Program-made: the position numbers and the translations under genes
NCBI GenBank assembly: GCA_964470385.1
Contig: CAYYCR010000002.1
Coordinates: 1 to 30,927 of the forward strand
Source: an uncultured Muribaculaceae bacterium
Lineage (GTDB): Bacteria; Bacillota_I; Bacilli_A; RF39; UBA660
Direction: 5' to 3'
DNA length: 30,927 nt
In this document: positions 8,272 through 18,081 of the stretch, one piece after another
Position numbering within the stretch: the stretch's first letter is position 1
How the letters are laid out: each line of letters opens with the position of its first letter
Notes under the pieces: generated by a model
Database searches by the model: none
What the model was told of the DNA's origin: nothing
The model's input: the letters and a program-made list of their open reading frames with translations, nothing else

Positions 8272-9020
8272 TTAATCTCTATCTTGGGAGTATTTTAAAA
8301 TAGTTCCTGTATTTGCATCAATTTCATATTCATATTCGATTCCGTTTTTATAAAATTCTATTTCATAAATCATCGTTCCATGTTCATAATCTAGTTTTAT
8401 TTTTTTCATTGTAACATCTACCACTTTAGCATGAGTAAGAGCGATTTCAAAAGCTTTTTCTTCTCCAATTTGATTTGCATTTTCTATCTTTTTTCTTGGC
8501 TCTATTTCCTTTTTTATAATGTCTCCTGTTTCAGAATGAATTTCATATTCGTACTTATTTTCATTATCATAAAATTCTATTTCATAGATTAAAATACCGT
8601 TTTTGGTTTCTCTTTTTTCACTCGTAATTTCTATTTCTTCTTTTTTTACTTTGGCATCACTACATACAATTTCAAGGGCTTTTTCTAACGGAATGGTTTT
8701 TGATTCAGAATTGCTTACTCCCTTTACCTGTTCTTTTTCCCGTTTTAAAATGGTTCCATTTGTTGCTGATATTTCATACTCATATTCTGTATTCTCTATA
8801 ATAAGTTTTATTTCATAAATTTTTTTCCGTCTTCTATTTCTTGCTTGGTTGTAAGATGTTTTACCGCAGATAATTTTACCCCAATATCTTTTAACACAAT
8901 ATTTTGAGCTTCTACTTCATCAATTTCTTTTTTGTTATAACTCATAATGACTACAATCAATAACAATATTCCGATTAATACAAGTATCAAGGCAAGTAGT
9001 TTTCGTTTTCCAATTTTCAT
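8272..9020 (-). pseudogene. PepSY-repeat membrane-anchored protein interrupted by a 1-bp frameshift in an A7 run (8820-8826)
   Basis: Adding one A restores a continuous 249-aa frame: N-terminal TM plus three PepSY-like repeats (IYEIKL..EYEYEISATNGTIL; IYEIEF..YEYEIHSETGDII; IYEIEF..EYEYEIDANTGTIL), stop at 8272-8274. Confidence 0.8.
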
Positions 9021-9199
9021 TATTTCACATCCCACAATCATTGTATCATGAAAACTTAAAAATGAAAAATGGAATATGATGCTTCTTATTTGATTCCTAT
9101 CGTAAAGTTATTTTTTAAGAATTTTAAAATTGATTGTCAAATTTATCATTTTTTTATATAATAAAAATAAAGTGAAGAAATAAAAAGGAGGCAATTCTT

Positions 9200-9337
9200 C
9201 ATTAGCGCCTGAACTCTAACGAGTTGACGAGGATAACAGTGATCGAAAATTCGGCGGATACTGTTACGGTTTGTGTAGTCGATAGGATGATTTTAAAAAG
9301 CAAAATCGAGATTGTAACAAAGAATTATCCACACACA
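9200..9337 (+). ncRNA. glmS ribozyme (GlcN6P-activated)
   Basis: Conserved core AGCGCCTGAACT...AGTTGACGAGGAT...ATCGAAAATTCGGCGGAT directly upstream of glmS; 3' boundary approximate. Confidence 0.92.
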
Positions 9338-9367
9338 TTTTTTAATTATGGAAAGAAGGATTTAATT

Positions 9368-11170
9368 ATGTGTGGAATTATTGGATATATGGGAAAAAAG
9401 GAAAAAACCATATCCATTTTAATCGAGGGCTTAAAAGCTTTAGAATATAGAGGATACGATTCGGCTGGAATCGCTTATCAAAAAGATAATAAGATTCAAA
9501 TCGTAAAAGCAGTTGGAAGATTAGAAAACTTAGAAAAACAAGTAAAACGTGAAGATACAACGATTGGAATTGGTCATACTAGATGGGCAACACATGGAAA
9601 GCCAAGTGTTTTAAATTCTCACCCACATCAAGTAGGTGATATTACTTTAGTTCATAATGGAATTATTGAAAACTATGAAAATCTAAAACAGTTTTTAATT
9701 GAAAAAGGATATCAGTTTAAAACCGAAACAGATACGGAAGTAGCTGCTGCATTAATCGATCATTATTATCAAGAAAGTAGCAATTTGTGTGAAGCTTTAA
9801 AAATGGCGAATAAAAAATTAAAAGGTTCTTATGCTTTTGCTATCTTGTCCAAAAAAGAGCCAAATACTTTATATGCCATGAAAAAGGAAAGCCCTTTGGT
9901 ATTAGGAAAAAGCGAGAATGAAATTTTTCTAGCTTCTGATCCAATGGCAATTATTGCCTATACCAATCAAATTCATTATTTTAAAGAAAATAGTATTGCG
10001 AAAATTACGGAAAATAATATTGAGTTATTAGAAGAAAACAAGATTGTTTCTCCTACTTTTACAACATTAGATACCGAAGAAATCAAAAATGGGAAAAATG
10101 GATATGAGCATTATATGCTAAAGGAAATCTTCGAACAACCCGAAGTAATTTCTAATATCGTCCATTATTATTTAGATAATGATTTTGAAAAATTAAATCA
10201 AATGCCAAAATTTAGTCAATATCACAAAATTCAAATTGTCGCTTGTGGAAGTGCTTATCATACTGGATTAGTTGGAAAATGGATGTTAGAAAAATTAGCC
10301 AATATTCCGGTTGAAGTAGAAATCGCTAGTGAATATCGATATAAAAAAGTATTTTATGATAAAAAAACATTAGTCATTATTGTATCACAATCAGGGGAAA
10401 CAGCGGATGCCCTAGCTTCACTTAGAAAAGCCAATCAAGATGGCATTGATACACTAGCACTTATCAATGTTGTTACTAGTACGATTGCCAGAGAAGCAAA
10501 ATACACTTTTCCAATTAAAGCGGGAGCAGAAATTGCAGTGGCTACTACCAAAGCTTATCTCGCACAACTTTGTATGTTTAGTTTGATTACGTTTAAATAT
10601 CTTTTAGAAAAAAAATTATTAACTGAAAATGAAAAGGATAAATTACTTGGTGATTATCAAAAATTATCTGGACAAATCAGAAAACTATTAAGTGTGTTAA
10701 ATATGAAAGAAATTGCTAGTAAAATATACGAACAAAACGATATTTTCTTCTTAGGTCGCGGAATTGATTATTCTGTTTGCACCGAGGCTTCTCTAAAAGT
10801 AAAAGAAATTTCTTATATCCATAGTGAGGCATATGCAGCTGGGGAATTAAAGCATGGAACAATCTCTTTAATTAATCCAAATACTCCAGTCATTTCTCTT
10901 GTTAGTGATCCAAGTATTAGTGAAAAAACAATTAGTAATATTAAAGAAGTAAAAGCAAGAGAAGCTTATTCTATTGTTGTAATTACAAAAGCACTAGATG
11001 AAGTCAGTGATTATTATGATGAAAAAATAGTTCTTCCAAATACCCATTTATTATTACAACCTATATTGAATATTATTCCTTTTCAATTGCTTTCTTATGA
11101 GATTGCCAAATTAAAAGGATGTGACATCGATAAACCAAAAAATTTAGCGAAATCAGTTACCGTTGAATAA
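9368..11170 (+). CDS. glmS: Glutamine--fructose-6-phosphate aminotransferase
   Basis: True start MCGIIG (catalytic Cys) at 9368; GHTRWATHG, HNGIIEN, SQSGETAD, C-terminal PKNLAKSVTVE. Confidence 0.99.
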   Translation: MCGIIGYMGKKEKTISILIEGLKALEYRGYDSAGIAYQKDNKIQIVKAVGRLENLEKQVKREDTTIGIGHTRWATHGKPSVLNSHPHQVGDITLVHNGIIENYENLKQFLIEKGYQFKTETDTEVAAALIDHYYQESSNLCEALKMANKKLKGSYAFAILSKKEPNTLYAMKKESPLVLGKSENEIFLASDPMAIIAYTNQIHYFKENSIAKITENNIELLEENKIVSPTFTTLDTEEIKNGKNGYEHYMLKEIFEQPEVISNIVHYYLDNDFEKLNQMPKFSQYHKIQIVACGSAYHTGLVGKWMLEKLANIPVEVEIASEYRYKKVFYDKKTLVIIVSQSGETADALASLRKANQDGIDTLALINVVTSTIAREAKYTFPIKAGAEIAVATTKAYLAQLCMFSLITFKYLLEKKLLTENEKDKLLGDYQKLSGQIRKLLSVLNMKEIASKIYEQNDIFFLGRGIDYSVCTEASLKVKEISYIHSEAYAAGELKHGTISLINPNTPVISLVSDPSISEKTISNIKEVKAREAYSIVVITKALDEVSDYYDEKIVLPNTHLLLQPILNIIPFQLLSYEIAKLKGCDIDKPKNLAKSVTVE

Positions 11171-11193
11171 AAGATTTCATTTCTTGTAATACG

Positions 11194-11219
11194 AAAAAAA
11201 CACATGATGTGTTTTTTTT
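11194..11219. terminator. Bidirectional intrinsic terminator between glmS and addA
   Basis: AAAAAAACACA-TGA-TGTGTTTTTTT between convergent genes. Confidence 0.75.
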
Positions 11220-11224
11220 ACTAC

Positions 11225-14200
11225 TTATATTTTTATTTCACGATATGTCTCATCTAAAAGTGAGTATAACATTCCTTTTACAGGCTTTTTTATCCTCTTC
11301 TCTATTACTTTTGCATACCCTCTTATTTGTTCCTCATAAGAAGATTTCTCGATATTTTTTAATTTATAATCAACAATATAAGCACAACCTGTATCTACAA
11401 TCAGTAAATCTATCATCCCACTAATTTCCTTATTGTCAATTGTTTCTACAAATTCTAATTCTGGATAACATTCTGGATGATCCATTGATTTCCAAAAATC
11501 TTGATGAAAAAAGGCCAATAATTTTTTTCTAGCATATTCCGATAAAGACATTTTACTAAGACTATTTTCAATATCATGATAGTTTGTGTACTGTAAACAC
11601 TCATGCAATTTGATTCCAAGTTCTAATCTTTTTTGTTCCTCAGCATCAACGACATGATAACTTTCAGAAAAATGTTTTTTTTCTATTTTTTCTGGTTCTA
11701 CCAAAAGCTCGATATAGTGAGGTTTCAACTGAGAACAAGTAAGTGAATCTTGATAATTTGTCTCTTTTAATTTTTCGTATTCTTTGGTTAAAGGAATCGT
11801 ATCAATAGGAACTTCTACCGTATAAGGTTTTAAATCTAAACTAATGGATAATAAAATATCATAAAAACTTCGATAATTCATTCTAACATAAGATTCTACT
11901 AATCCATTTTCATTTTTTTCCGTATTACTATCTAAGTTTCCTAAATTTGTTACTAATATCATTTTTTCTTTAGCTCTAGAAAGAGCCACATAGAAAACCC
12001 GAATTCTTTCTGAAATATCTTCCTTTTGATAATCTTCTTTTAATAATTCTTTATAAAATGTTTCTCTAATTCCCTCATCAAAATAAGGAACAATAAATCC
12101 AAATTGACCACTGAATATAAATTTTTCTTTCAAGTCGGCCTTGGAAAATTTTTTTTGTAAACCTGCATAATAGCAAATATGGTATTCAAGTCCTTTGGAT
12201 TTGTGGATACTCATCAAATTTACAGAATCTGCTTTGGTATCCTGATTCATTTGAAATGTCACATCCGATTTTCCCTCAATTGCTTCTTTTAAATAATCGA
12301 TAAAGTCTAATATTTGATACCCCATTTTTTCTAAATTACGTGTTACATCTAATAAATAATCAAGTTTAATATTTAATACTTCAATATTATGTAGGCTCAA
12401 AATATAATGATATAAATCAAAGACATGATAGACCTGTTCTAAAAATTGTGATAATGTATGCGTCTTTGAATATTCAGCCAAAGACTTCATGTTTTGATGA
12501 ATCTCATAAACAATACAAGTTTCATCATCCAAAGCTTCTAGCAAATTTTCTTTATGTTCCATTAATAATTCAAATAGCTTTTCATCGGGAATCCTTGCTA
12601 TCACGGATCTACTAATACTAGCAACAGCATATCGTAAATAATCTTTTGCGTAATTTTTGTCCAATATAGATTGAATCCATCTCATGATATTTTGAATTAC
12701 AAATATTTCATCAGAATATACAAAGGCTTCCTCTTTATGAACCGTTAAAGGAATTTCTAGATAGGTAAAAATCTTTTTATACAAATCAAAAGAGGTTTTT
12801 CGGTCTAATAGAATAGAAAAATCTTGATATTGAATGTCTCTTAATATACGATTGTCTTTATCGTAGACTTGATAATGATTTTGTACCTTATTTTTAATAT
12901 CTTGAGCAATTAAAAAGGCTTCTACTTCTTCTGTTCGATAATATTTTGAAAGTTCTGTATCTTTATATTCATAGTTTAGTATTTCAAAGTGATAATTTTG
13001 ATTGGTAGCTCCCTCTTTTTCATAACTATCATTTCCAAATACCATAGCATGACCACTACAATAATCAGCTCCCCCAATTTCCTCGTCCATAATTTTTTCA
13101 AATAGGAAATTAATATCATCTAATACTTCTCTTCTCGATCTAAAATTTCGATTCAAATCAATTTTTTCACCGTCCTGATGATTTTTATATCGATTATATT
13201 TATCCATAAAAATACTAGGATTGGCATTTCGAAACCGATAGATAGATTGCTTAATATCTCCTACCATATACACATTATTATTAGAGATAAGGGAAATAAA
13301 ATAGTCTCCAATATCATTGGTATCTTGATATTCATCAATCATAATTTCACTAATTTCTTGTTTCAATGTCTCACAGATATCGGAATGTTCCTCTAACAGT
13401 GTGATAGCCAAACGAGCAATATCAGAAAATTCATACATCCCCTCGTTCATTTTATATTGAAGCAATTGTTCATCATATTTTTTTAAAATAGATATTAAAA
13501 TTTGAACAGTCTCTTTTGTTTTCATCACCGATTCTTTTAAATTTTCTTTATTTTCATAAATACAGAGTTCTTTAATTCTTTCTATATGGTCCTTTATTTG
13601 TTCATAATAAAGTTTCATATGAAATAACTCTGATTCCTCTATTTTTTTACTACGTGGAAAGGTAATGTTGGTACAACAACCGATAAAAGCTTTATAATCA
13701 TCATAATGATGACAGGAAAATAAAGGCTCTAAGTAACTTGCAACTTTATTTACAAATTCAATCGAAAGATTATGATATGCACTATTTTTTAAACTTTCTA
13801 GCAAATTGGAAATTTGTTTTTTTTCTACTTCTAATAATTGTTCGTACTGTGAAATTCGTAATTCTAGTTCTAAGTCATGATAATGCGTTTCAAAGTATTC
13901 ATTCAAATATTCTTTTTTATGGGCAAGAGATTCTAGTGAATCGTTTAGTTTTAAGCAAACCGATTTCAACATTTCATCATCTTTAATGGTAAAAGTATCT
14001 AGTAATTTTAGAAATAAAGGATCTTTTTTTTCGTAAAAATGACAAAAAACATCATCAATTAATTCTTTCTTTTTTTTCTCTAATACCACATTATCTGCTA
14101 TTGTGATATCTTTTTTTATTCCTAGTAAATAGTGATATTTTTTCACAAGTGATAGACTATAACTATCAAATGTTGTAATACTTGCTTGATTAAGGCGTTC

Positions 14201-14479
14201 TAATTCTTTTTCTAATTCGGTATTGCCATTTTCAATTTCTTTTTTTAGTTTTTTTCTAACTCTTGTTTTCATTTCAAAAGCTGCTGCTTTGGTAAATGTT
14301 AAAACGACCAAAGAAGAGATAGAAATTCCCTGTTTTAGTTTTTCGATTATACGTTCTGTTAAAACAGCTGTTTTTCCACTTCCTGCTCCTGCACTCACGA
14401 TAATATTACTGCCATTTTGATAGATTGCATTCCATTGTTCATCAGTCCAGGTAGAATTGATTGGTTTTTTAGGTATCAT
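11225..14479 (-). CDS. addA: ATP-dependent helicase/nuclease subunit A (UvrD-like helicase plus C-terminal PD-(D/E)XK nuclease)
   Basis: SAGAGSGKT, IDEYQDT, VGDIKQSIYRFR, SIHKSKGLE, YVALSRAK, GMIDLL..IVDYK; likely start MIPKK at 14479. Confidence 0.93.
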   Translation of the reverse strand: MIPKKPINSTWTDEQWNAIYQNGSNIIVSAGAGSGKTAVLTERIIEKLKQGISISSLVVLTFTKAAAFEMKTRVRKKLKKEIENGNTELEKELERLNQASITTFDSYSLSLVKKYHYLLGIKKDITIADNVVLEKKKKELIDDVFCHFYEKKDPLFLKLLDTFTIKDDEMLKSVCLKLNDSLESLAHKKEYLNEYFETHYHDLELELRISQYEQLLEVEKKQISNLLESLKNSAYHNLSIEFVNKVASYLEPLFSCHHYDDYKAFIGCCTNITFPRSKKIEESELFHMKLYYEQIKDHIERIKELCIYENKENLKESVMKTKETVQILISILKKYDEQLLQYKMNEGMYEFSDIARLAITLLEEHSDICETLKQEISEIMIDEYQDTNDIGDYFISLISNNNVYMVGDIKQSIYRFRNANPSIFMDKYNRYKNHQDGEKIDLNRNFRSRREVLDDINFLFEKIMDEEIGGADYCSGHAMVFGNDSYEKEGATNQNYHFEILNYEYKDTELSKYYRTEEVEAFLIAQDIKNKVQNHYQVYDKDNRILRDIQYQDFSILLDRKTSFDLYKKIFTYLEIPLTVHKEEAFVYSDEIFVIQNIMRWIQSILDKNYAKDYLRYAVASISRSVIARIPDEKLFELLMEHKENLLEALDDETCIVYEIHQNMKSLAEYSKTHTLSQFLEQVYHVFDLYHYILSLHNIEVLNIKLDYLLDVTRNLEKMGYQILDFIDYLKEAIEGKSDVTFQMNQDTKADSVNLMSIHKSKGLEYHICYYAGLQKKFSKADLKEKFIFSGQFGFIVPYFDEGIRETFYKELLKEDYQKEDISERIRVFYVALSRAKEKMILVTNLGNLDSNTEKNENGLVESYVRMNYRSFYDILLSISLDLKPYTVEVPIDTIPLTKEYEKLKETNYQDSLTCSQLKPHYIELLVEPEKIEKKHFSESYHVVDAEEQKRLELGIKLHECLQYTNYHDIENSLSKMSLSEYARKKLLAFFHQDFWKSMDHPECYPELEFVETIDNKEISGMIDLLIVDTGCAYIVDYKLKNIEKSSYEEQIRGYAKVIEKRIKKPVKGMLYSLLDETYREIKI

Positions 14480-16904
14480 AATTCTCACCTCTTTCTAAAA
14501 ATTCCAAATTTTTATATTCTTTCAATGTTTTTATATTCTTCGGTTTTAAATAACAAATATCACGGTAATTACAATAAGCACAACTACTTACTTGTTCTTT
14601 TATTTCACTAGAAAATTTTTTCGGCATAACAGCAAATTGAGCATTTCCTACCTTTTCTTCAACTTCTTCAATATTCTTTTTTACAATATCCAAAAGTTGT
14701 TCTAAAATATAGGGTTCTAATAAACGATTCGATTGATAAAAATCCCCATCTTTTTTCATCCGTACTCCTTTAATATAACTAGAATCCATATATTGATTGT
14801 CAAGCCTACTCACAAATTCGGTTCGTTTCAATGTAATTCCGTCTAATTTACTTTGTTCCCATAATAATTCATCTAGAGTTTTCTTTTCTGTATAATTAGG
14901 AATTGAAGAAGAAATCGATTCAACATAAGCCCCTCCTAACTGATACTTAGAAAAACGATTATCTTTAGAAATCAAATACAGATATAATAGAAGTTGCATA
15001 TTCATACCATAAATAACTTTGGATAAATCACTTGTGGAATGACCCGTTTTATAATCGATTACAATAATATAACTATTTTCCTTATCTTCTACTGTCATTA
15101 TTTTATCAATTTTACCAAATATTTTAAATGTAATGTTCTTATGTTCTAACCACTCTATGGTTTCCTCAAAATAAGTAGGTGTAAAAGAAGAACGTTCTAG
15201 TTGTTGTTCCATTAATAAAATAAGTCTTTTAATTTCCATACGATATTTTTGAAAGTAAAATTCTTTTTTTTCGTTAGGAGTCATTTCTATTTTAGAAAGT
15301 TCTTGATTGATAATTGATTCTAAATTTTCTTTATTTTGAAAGTACTGTTCTAATATGGCATGAAATAAATTTCCAACGATTAAACTAGGACTTTCTTCAA
15401 ATGGGGGTGTAATTTTTAAAATTGACCCAACATAATATTTAAACGGACACTCAAAAAATTTCTGCATTCCTGTATAAGAAAGAACACAATAGGGGACATA
15501 TTTTTCAAATAATTTTTGCTGAATTCCCGTAAATTGATTATCGTAAGAATTATAATATAACGATTCTATTCCATACAAATTAGATAGATGTTCATTTTGA
15601 TAATTAAAATTGACAAATTCATCTAAGGAACTATTTAATAAATACTCATTATAGGCTTGATTAGAATATTGATAATGACATTTTTCAATCATGACATTTC
15701 TCTTTTCCCGATATTGTTCGATAAGAGAAGACGGCAAGTATTCCTTAAATGGACTTTTCTTTTTATAGCTAAGAAAAACATGAGGCAAAGACTCTATTTT
15801 TTTTCTAATTTTGGCTTCTTCGCCACTTGTCATTTCTAAAGAAGTTGGAAGAAAAAGAAGTTCTTTTTCTTTATCACTAAAATAATCTTGGTTCTCATAA
15901 ATAGGCGGAAATTCTCCTAAGTTTGCCCCCATTAGGAAAATATAATCCTCTGTATCAAATAAGGTTGTCTTAAAATCTACTTCTTTTATGATATTAGAGT
16001 ATGTTTCTCTTTTTACTTTCGTATGTTTTAATTCATATAATAAGATATCTTTAATTTCTTTAAAAGTCCTATTTTTCTGATAGTAAGGATTGATAATGGT
16101 AATGATTGAATCATAAATTTCATGATGAAAAGAAATATTATCGGGATATGATTTTTTTAGTTGTTCTATGATTTCTTCTAACATACTTAATGGTTGATTC
16201 CAATCAATCATAGATAAAAATTGTTGAATGATTTCGTATTCAAATAGAAAATGATTGTCTTTGGTTTCAATGGGAATATGAAAATAATGAGATACTTTTG
16301 ATAAGATGCTTTTATAGTCACTATTTGTCATCCCTAAATAAATATGGTTAGGAGAAATTCCATCTACAAGTAACTGTGAAATTTTTTCAAATGTTCCAAT
16401 GACTTCTTGTTCTATGGTTTCATATTCAGTAATTTCTGGAAGATAAGAATTGTTTTCTTCTTCAAAATATTTCACTTCTGTATATTTAGATAAGATATGT
16501 TCTAAAAATTTCATCTCGTAAGAATCATATCCATAGATATATACTTTATGGTTTTTTAATTGGGCTAAAAAGGCATCATGAGTTATCAATAAATTTTGTT
16601 CTTTTAGCCATTCTTTTTTTTGATAAAGATCACTGGATTGTTCTTCTGAGGTGATTGCGTACATAGCCTCCAATATAATAGCACCATTTTCAGGAAGCAA
16701 ATTAAATTCTTTTGTCAGTTTCCATAAGGCTTCTTTGTGATATTCATACAACAATTGTGTTTTTAATTCTTCCTTATTTAAAAATTGAATGTGGTAAAAA
16801 TGACTTTCTGATGAAAGAGCTTGTAATATTCTTTTTTTATAAGTGGTTGGGGTAACACAGATACAAGGTTCCTCTTTCAATTGTTTTAATAATTCCATCT
16901 CCAT
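14469..16904 (-). CDS. addB: AddB-like subunit with C-terminal PD-(D/E)XK nuclease and Fe-S cysteines
   Basis: FECPFKYY, GKIDKI..VIDYKTG, CAYCNYRDIC; overlaps the start of addA. Confidence 0.85.
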   Translation of the reverse strand: MEMELLKQLKEEPCICVTPTTYKKRILQALSSESHFYHIQFLNKEELKTQLLYEYHKEALWKLTKEFNLLPENGAIILEAMYAITSEEQSSDLYQKKEWLKEQNLLITHDAFLAQLKNHKVYIYGYDSYEMKFLEHILSKYTEVKYFEEENNSYLPEITEYETIEQEVIGTFEKISQLLVDGISPNHIYLGMTNSDYKSILSKVSHYFHIPIETKDNHFLFEYEIIQQFLSMIDWNQPLSMLEEIIEQLKKSYPDNISFHHEIYDSIITIINPYYQKNRTFKEIKDILLYELKHTKVKRETYSNIIKEVDFKTTLFDTEDYIFLMGANLGEFPPIYENQDYFSDKEKELLFLPTSLEMTSGEEAKIRKKIESLPHVFLSYKKKSPFKEYLPSSLIEQYREKRNVMIEKCHYQYSNQAYNEYLLNSSLDEFVNFNYQNEHLSNLYGIESLYYNSYDNQFTGIQQKLFEKYVPYCVLSYTGMQKFFECPFKYYVGSILKITPPFEESPSLIVGNLFHAILEQYFQNKENLESIINQELSKIEMTPNEKKEFYFQKYRMEIKRLILLMEQQLERSSFTPTYFEETIEWLEHKNITFKIFGKIDKIMTVEDKENSYIIVIDYKTGHSTSDLSKVIYGMNMQLLLYLYLISKDNRFSKYQLGGAYVESISSSIPNYTEKKTLDELLWEQSKLDGITLKRTEFVSRLDNQYMDSSYIKGVRMKKDGDFYQSNRLLEPYILEQLLDIVKKNIEEVEEKVGNAQFAVMPKKFSSEIKEQVSSCAYCNYRDICYLKPKNIKTLKEYKNLEFLERGENYDT

Positions 16905-16945
16905 CGACTCCTTTTAAAATGGTAATGCTCTGTTTTCTATTATCG

Positions 16946-16974
16946 ATTATACATCAGATACATATGTTCGTCAA
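16946..16974 (-). promoter_or_regulatory. Near-consensus sigma-A promoter for addB-addA with a possible LexA box in the spacer
   Basis: Minus strand TTGACG-17 bp-TATAAT with TG extension; GATACATATGTTCG at 16957-16970 matches 11 of 14 positions of CGAACRNRYGTTCG. Confidence 0.6.
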
Positions 16975-17306
16975 GAGGTTTCAAAAATTTTGTCGATTTT
17001 ATCGTAGTTTTCTATAAAGTTAGAAATGAAAAAGATTTTAAAAAAGTATATTTTTAATCTCATCCACTATTTTGATACATCCTTATAATAAGGAAAAAAA
17101 TTACCTGAATCATTATCATCTATTTTATCAGTCCTCATTTACTTATTCTCAACAATAATATACAACAAAAAAATAGAAAATCCTTACCTAAAGAAAAAAA
17201 TATGATTCTTTTAATATATTTTAACTATTTTTCAGTTATTCATAATTCAGATTCCATATAGAAATGAACCACTAAGTATGATAGAATATAACTAGGTGAT
17301 GTAAAA

Positions 17307-17909
17307 GTGCTAAGTATTGATAAAACTACAGTTCATACAATTGTCATTCAAAAATCAAAATTTATTTGTAAATTAATACCAATTCAAAATATAGAAAGTG
17401 TAAAAACAGAATTAAAAAATATAAGACAAGAATTTCCTAATGCCACCCATTATTGCTATGCCTATATTTTAAAAAATGAACGGCGATGCTCAGATGATAA
17501 AGAGCCTAGTGGAACCGCTGGTATGCCAATATTGAATGTGCTAGAAAAAAAAGAGTTAAATGATATTCTTGCGATTGTAGTTCGCTATTTTGGTGGGATT
17601 AAACTAGGAGCTGGAGGGCTTGTTCGTGCTTATTCCAATGTAGTGGTAGAAACAATCAAAAAAAGTAATCTTATAACACTCATTCCTGGGAAAGAAGTTA
17701 TTTATACATTTCCTTATTCTCACGAAAAACAAATTATATATTTACTTCAAAATACGATGATTAAACATAAAACATACAGGGAAGTGATTACTTACCAAGT
17801 ATATTTATCAAATACATTATATGAACAATTACAAGATAGTCTAATAAAGCTAGGTACCATTCAAATTAGGCAGGAATTGTTAATACCAAACGCGACATTC
17901 CATTCTTAA
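17307..17909 (+). CDS. YigZ/IMPACT family protein
   Basis: IQKSKFI, ATHYCYAY, DDKEPSGTAG, VRYFGGIKLGAGGLVRAY; GTG start behind AGGTGA. Confidence 0.95.
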   Translation: MLSIDKTTVHTIVIQKSKFICKLIPIQNIESVKTELKNIRQEFPNATHYCYAYILKNERRCSDDKEPSGTAGMPILNVLEKKELNDILAIVVRYFGGIKLGAGGLVRAYSNVVVETIKKSNLITLIPGKEVIYTFPYSHEKQIIYLLQNTMIKHKTYREVITYQVYLSNTLYEQLQDSLIKLGTIQIRQELLIPNATFHS

Positions 17910-18081
17910 AATAGCTTTTTATATAGTGATGTTCTTTTTGATATTTTCCATTTCAAATTTTAGAAATTTGTTTATTTTGATCATTTTTTTCTCACCTTAT
18001 CATCTATATTTTACGATAAAGAATAGGAAAATTCCTTACCAAAACGAAAAAAATATATCTTTTTTGATATATTAAATTTTT

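Noticed and set aside
9224-9367. 48-aa N-terminal extension of GlmS in the ORF track
   Set aside because: Overlaps the glmS ribozyme; GlmS needs Cys at position 2, and an RBS precedes the ATG at 9368
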